In this document: positions 54,413 through 64,000 of the stretch, in pieces
Numbering within the stretch: the stretch's first letter is position 1
Layout of the letters: each line of letters opens with the position of its first letter
Assembly (NCBI GenBank): GCA_030141605.1
Contig: JAQGDQ010000007.1
Location: 1,351,173 to 1,415,172, forward strand
DNA length: 64,000 nt
Reading direction: 5' to 3'
From: Tubiluchus corallicola
Taxonomy: Eukaryota > Animalia > Priapulida
Translations under genes and position numbers: made by a program
The notes under the pieces: generated by a model
What the model was told of the DNA's origin: nothing
The model's database searches: none
Seen by the model: only the letters and a program-made list of their open reading frames with translations

Positions 54413-57400
54413 TTAATTATAATGTCTAGACCTAGGTCTAGACGTACTAAGGCCCCTCCCAATTTGTCTAAGTTCGTCAGAAATTCTGTAAATTAGCGAA
54501 GCTGTTTTCTTGGCAATGCCAGTGATGAAGTCAAAGAGTATTTCTAACTCCTTTTCTCTCAGAGCGCATACTCTTTCCATTTCAATTGGTCCAGGGCACG
54601 TAGATTGACCTTTCATCAAACCACCAATAAGCTGCATAACTGGGTCTTCCCAATTAAAGATGTATGAGTCATCATTATTTAAACAGGACTCCGTCATCGA
54701 ATCTGAAAAAATGTTTTAATCTTATTAAACTGCTATTATGTTCAATTCTAAATCAATTTCGTGACACATGACAGATGCGAATATACTGGAGCAGTTCAAG
54801 CGCGAAGAAATGAATACTTATTTAGTAAGAACTGTGATTACAATATTATATAGTTTAGAAGTTTATGGAACGTTCGTCTTTAGCTGGTCAGAAATTCACT
54901 TGAGGATGATTTCATTAAGTTGAAAATAGAACTTGCATCACTGAAACTCAACAAATAAAGGCTTAAGGTGCAGTCATAACCGCCCAGATGCAATTTTCTT
55001 AACGATACTCATCCGTTTGGTAAACTGGTTCAGTAGTGCTGAACTTTCGTAACTAAGCACACCGGTACCCATGTCTAAATTATATACATTATCGTGACGC
55101 AATTACAATGATAATAACTTATTAAACTTTCAAGCAATTTAAGCGGTGTTACTTAGTTACTACTTTAATCAGTATGATAATTTCACAAAAAACATTTAGG
55201 CCTATTATCTTTATTCGTACGTAGCACTCTAAGTTGGAAAAAATTGAATCCAGATCTGATGCCGTAATATTTCTTCAGACATTTCTTAATCCATCAGGTA
55301 CTTTATCAAACATAAAAACATTTTCAAATGGCCCCTTTAACCCTGACCTATTCATTTGTTTGTGACTTTGCCACGAGCATATTACTTTGTTTTAGGGACC
55401 TTTGTGAAGGGTAATGACAGGGAGAAAATCCAGTGCCGGATTAACCATTAGGCAAACATAGCACACGCCTTAAGGCCAGCCAAAAATCCAGGCCACAAAA
55501 AAATATGGAAAACATTCATAAGTTTTCAGGTGATGATAAAAAATGCTTTCCTTTATTTTTACACGTAAATAAATGTTTTGTATTTTTTACTGTGACCTTT
55601 GCAATAACGAATGAATGAGACACCATTGAGACAGGAACGTTTGTCGAAAATTTTAACTTAACATGGTTGATGAATAACACCGTATTTTTTGTTAACCATG
55701 TGATAATTCTGTTTGCTTTTTTGAGGTAAAAGCTCTGCTATTTTGTTTTTCTTTAAGAAATTAATCTATCGTGTGTTTCTTTTAGAGGAATACCTGCTAC
55801 AGTTTACATTTCGCGTCTTCTTGTGTAAAGCATCTCTGGTCCTAATACATCTCATGATGATAGGGGCCACTGTAGTTGTCCAAGATATTTTCTCTGCACC
55901 TGGTCCTTTTAATCTTGCTGCTTAAGTTTTGAGGGTGGAGTATAAGCTGTATGTGGAAGATTTTGCAGACTGGTTGAGCTTTCAAGCTATTCCGCTGACT
56001 ACTGATCTCAAAAACTCCTGGCTTCTGAATTGGATGGAGTTAGATGTTACAAGGATTCTGCGAGGTTTAAAACTTGTTATTCAAGATTCTGCAGGCAGTC
56101 AACTAGATAGCTATGAATGTGCGAAAGCGCCACTTTGCAACAGTATTTTGCTGCCCCTGCTAACTCAGTGTATGAATGTTATGCCTTTCGAGCAGGATCC
56201 TAATGAATGCATTGACAATCATTAGGCTAAAATCTGAAAATCTTGGCTAAAAATTATAATTTTACTGACAGCTCCTATGAAACCAATGACAACCAAATGG
56301 TGCATGACCAAATGATAATAGGGTTAAAGGTCGTTCACATCAGGAGAAAATTACTGTCTGAAAAGAAACTCACTTTTTCCATTGTCATCGATATTGACGA
56401 GCCAGTGAGTCTTCTGCTAGGCTGCTGAAATGAGTGAAGCTCAGCAACAATCTGAAGAATTTCCTTTTTTGTTGGCCATGAAACTGTAGCAATACACTTA
56501 AGAAATCCAAGTATTGGTCCTGACAGGAAATGAGGTATATCGTAAAACATTGAAAAAGTCCAAGAAAGCCAAGGGCGAACTAAGCATATGGGCACATGTA
56601 CCAATAGTAATTACTATAAAAAATATTGGTTGTTCTAAATTTTTGCGCAATAAATTTTCATTTTCTAAGTTTAACTTATTTTCCTTTCGTCGGTGAGCGC
56701 AAAATATCTGTATTTTCAGGTCACTTATCAAAATGGGCATTAGGGCCAGCAGAGCCTTAATCTGGCACTGAGAAAATCCCCAAGCAGCGATGAAAGCCAA
56801 GCTGCCCATTGACCACTAAGCCCCCGACTAACTAGAAACAGCAGTCAGAATAAAAAATTAAGTACATTGTAAAAGAACTGTCAGTCAGTGTTGTCTGCTT
56901 AATAAATCTCATTACTTATAGCCTATTGCTACAATGATACCCGTCACCATTCCTCGAAAACTTTGACTTGCTGTGAAACCAGTGCCCCCATCAGTCTGAT
57001 CCTGTCCAAATATTAAGTATCCACCCGATTGTATTGGCCCAGGATTAGAACCGTAATTACCAGCTTGAAATTAAACAAAAGTAAATTTAACATCAAACGC
57101 GTCTTTCATTAAGTTATTACAAAAAATGACGTGAAATTAAGAGGTTTTGAAAGCGAAGATCGCGTTGTTTTATGTTGCTCTAAGGCGAGTATCAGCCTGT
57201 ATTTGTCACATGCTAAATTTTTCATCGATTCTAGTTAATTCACCAAGTAGCATACCATTAACTGTATTACGTTAACAGCTATAGATTCAAGGATACATAA
57301 TTGATTTGTAAAGGATTTTAAGGAAGATTCATTGCATTATGTGGTGTTTCTACCAAAAGGTTGTACTAATATTGCACTTTTGTGTGATCTTGTATATTTT

Positions 57401-60400
57401 ATTATGCTATTCTCTACAGTTAATGTCATTTAATTGGAGGGGGGGCAAATATAATTTTATTCAGTTTTTAACTGCAAGTTTGCATGCAAATAATCCTTTC
57501 TATCTATCTGTCTACCCTTATGAGGCGGTAAATTAATGTGCATTGTCATGCGAAATGATAATTCGTCCAAATCAGCAATTCCGCAAATTCGGCATATAGC
57601 TCAAGATTAATCATTAAATCTTGTCCTGGTCATATTGCAGTTTTTGTTATTGCAATATATATATCACTATAACGAAATATACATTCAGTAATACATATAC
57701 GTATATTACTTATTATGACTATACTAATTAAGAAAATATACTTTGGTTTGGAGAAAAATTAGTTTTTAGTTACCACATAAAAGTAATATTAAATGTATAT
57801 AGAAATACTATTATTGTATTACAGGAAACTTGAGAAACTAGTAAGATATCTTACTTTAGGACAACCCCATCTACAGACACAAAGTATGTGTTCGTTGTTG
57901 TATCGTAACCAGCACATACCGAATGCCATTGATTATTTCTGAGGTTTGTAGTGGCTGCAAGTGTGTTCGGCGTCCTTAAAACAGAAGTATTATATTCTTT
58001 TACATTTTACTTTCAATTGCACAAATGCGATATTCTCAAAAAACGTTTCTACGCGGAACCTCAAACTTTTTTTTGACTATCTGGGTATAATTTTTACTTT
58101 CTAATGTCGCTCCTTTGGTAAAACCACGTCAAAATAAAAAGGAATAGTTTTTATTTGTATGTATATTTATATGTATATCTGCTACTGTCTTTAAAATTAA
58201 CTTTCAAAGAAGCATTGCTGAAAGAAAAGAAATCACAAGGAGGACAGCTGCGGACTTACATTAATTTCATCCAAAAATATCTCACCAATACATCAGTAGC
58301 TATCAAAAATGCACGGAGAGTGGAGCTACGTGGGAGTTTGCGGGTGACAGAGCAGCATGGTCTGAAGTGATTGCAAGAGTCAAGTTAGAGGACGTGCGAC
58401 TCCAGCACTTTTCACTTTCGTTCACATTTGGTTTCATATACTTTTCTTTTTGCTAGTTTTACCTGTCGTGAGGGCAGATTTCTTTTAATTTAGAGTGTCT
58501 ACAATAGACGTAATGGGCATATGATGATGGTGAGTTACTAAAAACTGTTATCTTACTGACTATGAAAAAAGCTTTGCTCCTTTTGCTTGGACTTGTAGAT
58601 AAAAATGATGTAAAAGGTGTCGTTTAGTACTCTTTCAAGTTTCAAGAATTATTTTAGCAGAATTGTGTGTGCGTAAAGTATTTTAACGTGATTGTAGATG
58701 ACTATAAATGACCACAAATTACAGATTAATTGTGTTTAACATTTTTAACATGTTTTTTCACCAGATTTTCCGAAAGTTGAACAAACGTTTTGGTTACCTC
58801 GAATTTTCTGCACCTAAAACCAAAGACAATTTATTTCAAATAACATAAGTTATCACCTAGCGTATATGGGGTGTTGGCCACATTTAAATTTCTTCAGTGA
58901 TATAGCCTGTATTATTACTAGTGTTTATGTACACACTTAGCAGACACATCGATGTATTTGTCTGCTTTACAGGAATGCGAAGAAATGGTTTTTGTCGCTC
59001 ACTTCATTGTAATCGGCCGTATTACTTGTGCACTCTGTGCAGTCTAAATCAGGGCAACGTTAGCCAGTTGCATGTAATATCGGCCGCCATATAGGGTAAT
59101 GTTAGCCAGTTGCATGTAATATCGGCCACCACATAGGGTAATGTTAGCCAGTTGCATGTAATATCGGCCACCATATAGGGTAATGTTAGCCAGTGGCATA
59201 TAATATCGGCCACCATATAGGGTAATGTTAGCCAGTGGCATGTAATATCGGCCACCACATAGGGTAATGTTAGCCAGTTGCATGTAATATCGGCCACCAT
59301 ATAGGGTAATGTTAGCCAGTGGCATATAATATCGGCCGCCATATAGGGTAATGTTAGCCAGTGGCATGTAATATCGGCCACCACATAGGGTAATGTTGGC
59401 CAGCCTAACAGTGGTGCTTTTCGATACATACTAAGCACTTTGTGAATATGTTTCAGGTCTTATTATTAGAAAATTCTCATCTTACAGAAAAACACTAATG
59501 GCCCCTATCAGACTAGATACTATTCATTGATTTATCGCGAAATGTTTAAGTCAAAATATGTTCGCTTCTCAGTTGCTGACATGCTGCGTTTTCAAACAGA
59601 TTTCAAACATGAAAACAAAAGGTTACAATCAAAACAGTATAGTCATCTTCCAAGTTTACATAATTCACACATCAGAAGAACATAGACCTAGTTCATCTTT
59701 GAGCTTTACTGACTGGTGGGAACTAGTAGATTTAATGGTAGCGATGAAACTTTTCACCTACGAATCAGACTAACTTGTCACGTCGTCTTTTATTTTAAAT
59801 AGAAGTGTTATGCAACAAAATAATGTGGGAAGTTGTTGTCCTGCAATTTTCCAGGAGCCAACAAGGCATATGAACCAGCAAAATCAACGACCCAGGTGGT
59901 GTAATTAATCTGCTTTTTGAAAGAAGTTGCAATGCTGAAAGGTTCACTTGAAAAACCAGTGGGTCTAGACCGGGTTTCCACTGCGTCCGCACTGACACGC
60001 ACATGCACAGATTTTTCTGTTCGCACGTTTTAGGTCCGCTAAAGTTGTTTCCATTGAGTCCGCACTCATTCTGTACCATTTTGTACAAAGTGCCATAAAG
60101 CAGTGAAATTTTGAGCTTTCTAAAAGAAAAAATAATTTGATTTTGCTACATTAGTTAAAGATTAATTGAAAAGGGCAAATAGGCAACACAGCGAGGGACA
60201 ATATCGTTTTGGAGCTTGAAAATAATGAACACCTAGGCGCGTAACATCACATCGCAACAATGCAAGAGGAAGAAAAGTCCCTAAATTAAGAATGCAACTT
60301 GCAACTTTAGGTATTTTGTTTTTCTATTGAATTTAAATATATTCGGTGTATTCACTTTATTCGTTGAAAGAAAAAATCGGATTTTATACCGAGACTTAAA

Positions 60401-63400
60401 TAATCACCATTGTCGCTTATAATTTTCATCATTGCAACTGTAAAACTACGCAATGTGTAAAATTGTGCAATAATAATAGATTAACAGGACAACATCAAAA
60501 TTCTGTTACAGTTATTGCGTATAGCAATTATTCAACGCATGTAATTGTTTACTTGTAATTTTGTAAATTTAAAAAAGCATTGAACGAGGAATCGCAAACC
60601 GACCTAAATGTACAAAGCTTTAGAAATAAATAAAATCAATAACAAAAACTAAATGTTCTACATTCATTACTGATCTCACTCGCTATTTAAATTCACAGCT
60701 GTCTTGTAAAAGTATGTGACTGCATATAGGGTTACTCTTATCATAGAGGGAAAACCAATTTCTACAACGTATATGATTATTTTCCTTCTTTATTATGAAA
60801 ATGCAGGTGATAGACAACTAGAACAAGGGAAACACATCTAGCTAAACAATCCTGGCAGGATTGCTATTCATTAAACACTGGAAGGGCCATTTCCGTTAGA
60901 AGCAGCTGAATTGTGGTTGTCAGCTGTTGTTCGTACCACATTTGATCAAACGTTGATCTAAAAAGTTTTTTTAGTTAATAAACTAGTCAAAAATGATGTG
61001 GAAATTTTTGTTGTCCAGTATGCACTTTAAGCAAAAAAATGCTGGAACAATATACACCATATGTGAAGTAGAATTACACAATTACGCACGCCTACTGTAT
61101 TAACTGCGCCATTTTCCCTTATTTTACGTTAGAGTCTGTGAACTGCTACACTGACAAGCTATTAAAACAGTAGCTTCCATAATTTGGACTGATTGGTTTA
61201 TTAACATGCTGGTTGGTTGATGCTTGATCGTTTGGTTGTTCAATTGCTTGTATAACTTGAACTGGCTAATCAGTTTGTCGGTCGTTACTTTTAAGTTTAA
61301 ATTAAAATTGCTTACTTCATTCAATTATTTGTTCATTTATCTCTTTCCACGCATCATTTCCTGCATTTGATCAACCAAGCAAAACAACATCATGGATATT
61401 ATTATACTCTACCACAGTCAGCAGCTAACAAGTTCACCACATTAAATCATCACAGTGTCTGGTGACCATAACTTCCATCATCAGTCACTAACTGTACCCA
61501 ACCATCACGCTATCGGCCACTAACGCTACACCTTAAAAATATCAATAATGCGCGCACTTTCAATGTAGTGCTTTTGTAGGTAAAGCCAGAAATGTAAACA
61601 TTCTGGTTTTTAATGGTAGCTAAAAGTAATTCTTGCTTCAAGTAGCAATTGGAGATACGTGTAAAGTAACTTTGGCTTTTGAATAGTTTTTGCTCGAAAG
61701 AGTATATTTACTCGAATTATATATTATAATAAATACATAATTAGCAATTTTAAATTGTGTTTTTTCTAGTTATGTTATGGTATTAATGTTAATAGTATGA
61801 ACGTATAGTGAAGACTTCGTTAAGCCCATTTGCTATTTTGTAGATAAGATATTTTATGTTGTTTTGTTTTCCCATTTTGTTACTTTGGCAAAAATTCTAT
61901 TAACTCAGCTTTTCATGTTTATCTCACTCAGCAAATTAAAATTTGAACAATTTTGTGTCTGCCTGCTGAACAATTAACCAATTATATTTTTCATCCGCCT
62001 GCCCATAAACATAGGTTATCGTTGAAGGAATGGCTCAGAGGAATATATAGAATGTCGAGGATTTGATTCAGAAAGCCCAAGAAAAGATTTTGAGGGACAG
62101 CATAGAATACCGAGATAATAACAAAATATCACAAAAGACATATAAAAGAAATGCCACGAAACTTTGAGCAAATTACACTTTTAGTAACTCTTAAATTAAA
62201 AGCAAGATTTAACCGTCAAAGACACGCCCACCTGTGCACAATTGCACTCACGATTGCTGCCCATCAATCCATAAATTCACAGAATCCCGTCTCACGTAGA
62301 ACAAATACTGATTTCCCCCATTTGCTGAACTAGTGGCATATGATATGAATGTAAGATCATCTGCTGTTCCTCCAGCACCGGTATTAGGGACGTCAGTTTT
62401 CACCCACTAAAGCAATACACCAAATACACAAATGAGAATTTTTACGTGTTCTTTCGCATTAATTTATAATTAGCTATAACTTTCCAATAATTTTCCGGTA
62501 TAATAATATTATTTAATGTAAAAAAGCACCGTGTTAACATACAATGGTTGAATTAAATGTTAACATAAAAATCCGATTGCCTAGATCACTTTTTGGCAAG
62601 ACGTTTGACAATGATGTTCAAAATGGTATTTGTTGGTCGTTAACTATGTTTAGTCCTTTGTAAAGCGTAATATATACATGAATATCTTATTTATTCTACA
62701 CGTTGAATGTCTAAAAATTAGGCAGATTGGTGATAAATAAAAAATCTCATAACAAAGAAAATGAAAGCTACACAATGTTTTGATCCGAACCTCTGCTAAT
62801 ACACTACAAACAGTTTTATTTTTTGCGTTTTCCGCTTAGTCCAGCATAAACCGTTTACAATGCTTCATTAAATATAATCCAGGGCATCGTGTTTCCATGC
62901 TGTAGTTTATGTATCGTGTATTGAGTTGTTGCGACTAGTGCTTTGTGTGTGTTTTTTTTCTTTTGTGGTTTTTATTTACTATGTGCATAGTGCTTCTCCT
63001 CTGCTTGCATTCCTTTGCACGTGACTTTAGTGAATACGTTTATATTACAAAGTTCAAAACATTAATGTTTAATCGTTTGTGCTTTTTACTTAAAGATGAT
63101 TCATAGTGGTGGTTTGAAATGTCGTGTATATTTTTTTGGGAGGGAGGAGGATTTTTTATTAAACCTTTCTACAGTTTTGTTGTGTGCACGAGCAGTTGCT
63201 GTAGGTCAAAGATTAAGAGTGTCACACAACGCATCTCAACTACAACCGGCACGTGACATGTGGGTAAAGTAAAGCCGTCTGCAGCGACAGTTCAGTAAAT
63301 TCAACTGTTTTACGAGGACTTTACTTAATTATTCATTAGTCTGTGAGTAGAATGATTTACTAGTAAGATCTTGCTTGGGAACAAGAGAAAAAGAAAACTA

Positions 63401-63855
63401 AGTAAGGTTTTAGCTAGCTGTTAAAACTGTTATTATTATCAGGAAGGGCTGCGAAGCGTTGTCAAGTGTACACAAATGCGTTGTCTGGTACACTTAACGT
63501 TTAACCTTTTCACGATCATCATCAATCGCTGGACCTGTGAAAAGGCTTATTGTACTGTTTCTTGACATTAAGAATTATCTCCGTGCTTGTTAAATTGGCT
63601 ATACTTTTCTTAGAACATTTTCCTCCTTTGGATATGCTGCATAGCTTTAGTTTTTTATTTGAAACAAATTTTAAAACAAAACAGAATTTGATCAAATTTT
63701 ACTTACCATACACGTTGTTATTTCATCCAAGTTAGTATCAATGACATCGTTTAGCTTTATATAGTCGCTAGTTCCACGTATAGGAAATGTAACCATCGTC
63801 GCGTCGGTTTCAACTTGTGGTGCAACTTCAACGTAAAAACACGTAGGTGTTAAGC
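54413..63855 (-). CDS. Pentraxin domain protein paralog 2 (possibly disrupted or a pseudogene); 5' end probably outside window
   Basis: Exons 63855-63707 (GLTPTC..TFPIRGTSDYIKL..ITTCM), 62406-62252 (WVKTDVP..FISYAT), 57974-57855 (WHSVCAGY..VDG), 57063 to about 56941 (IQSGGYLIFGQDQTDGGTGFTASQSFRG), 54702-54413. Same intron positions as paralog 1, but there is a phase mismatch at 57855/57063 and an in-frame TAA at 56912-56914. Confidence 0.75.
55431..56770. mobile_element. Non-autonomous hAT element containing a decayed Gypsy gag-like fragment
   Basis: TIRs CAGTGCCGGATTAA / TTAATCTGGCACTG; perfect 8-bp TSD AGAAAATC (55423-55430, 56771-56778); internal QDPNECID..AKNYNF..VHDQMIIGL..IRRKLLSEKKLTF. 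Confidence 0.85.
59050..59403. repeat. 39-bp minisatellite, about 9 copies
   Basis: Unit ATAGGGTAATGTTAGCCAGT(T/G)GCAT(G/A)TAATATCGGCC(A/G)CCA(C/T), head-to-tail with no spacers. Confidence 0.95.
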
Positions 63856-64000
63856 CTGGAATTAAAAAACCTAAAATAAAGCCTGAGTACTAATTAGAAA
63901 TTTAAACGACAAAGTTGATACGTTTGCAGAAATCTTACAATTCAAGCATTAAAATCACTTAATCCTGGTAGATTCTGCTTCTGTGACGTTGAATGCTTTT

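Noticed and set aside
59044-59438. Repeat array as a CRISPR array or a repeat-protein gene
   Set aside because: Units are head-to-tail with no unique spacers, the context is eukaryotic with no cas genes, and the ORFs result from a stop-free 39-bp unit
59795-60960. Nested gene in the pentraxin 2 intron (ORFs 59795-60088, 59808-60026)
   Set aside because: No recognisable motif and no consistent exon chain; possibly decayed repeat sequence

Overview
AT-rich animal (invertebrate-type, spliceosomal GT-AG introns) genomic DNA, not prokaryotic. I could hand-splice four genes. (1) A full-size ABCB1/P-glycoprotein transporter on the minus strand (22647 to 1466): 24 coding exons with all phases consistent, about 1260 aa in the window; the last exons lie left of the window. 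(2) A divergently oriented BBS12 chaperonin-like ciliopathy gene on the plus strand (at least 9 coding exons, 32352-40103), with an RFX X-box upstream. (3,4) Two tandem minus-strand paralogs encoding a pentraxin (CRP/SAP-like LamG) domain followed by an unusual conserved amphipathic helical C-terminal tail of about 60 aa. Copy 1 splices cleanly. Copy 2 has a splice-phase conflict, a premature stop, and lacks two Ca2+ ligands. Introns and intergenic DNA hold many transposon relics: hAT elements with perfect 8-bp TSDs (one carrying a Gypsy gag fragment), a decayed LINE RT, an Academ-like relic, long inverted repeats, a 165-bp hairpin and a 39-bp minisatellite. The best novelty candidate is the pentraxin + helical-tail family. 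Comparisons to human proteins and exon sizes are from memory and were not computed.
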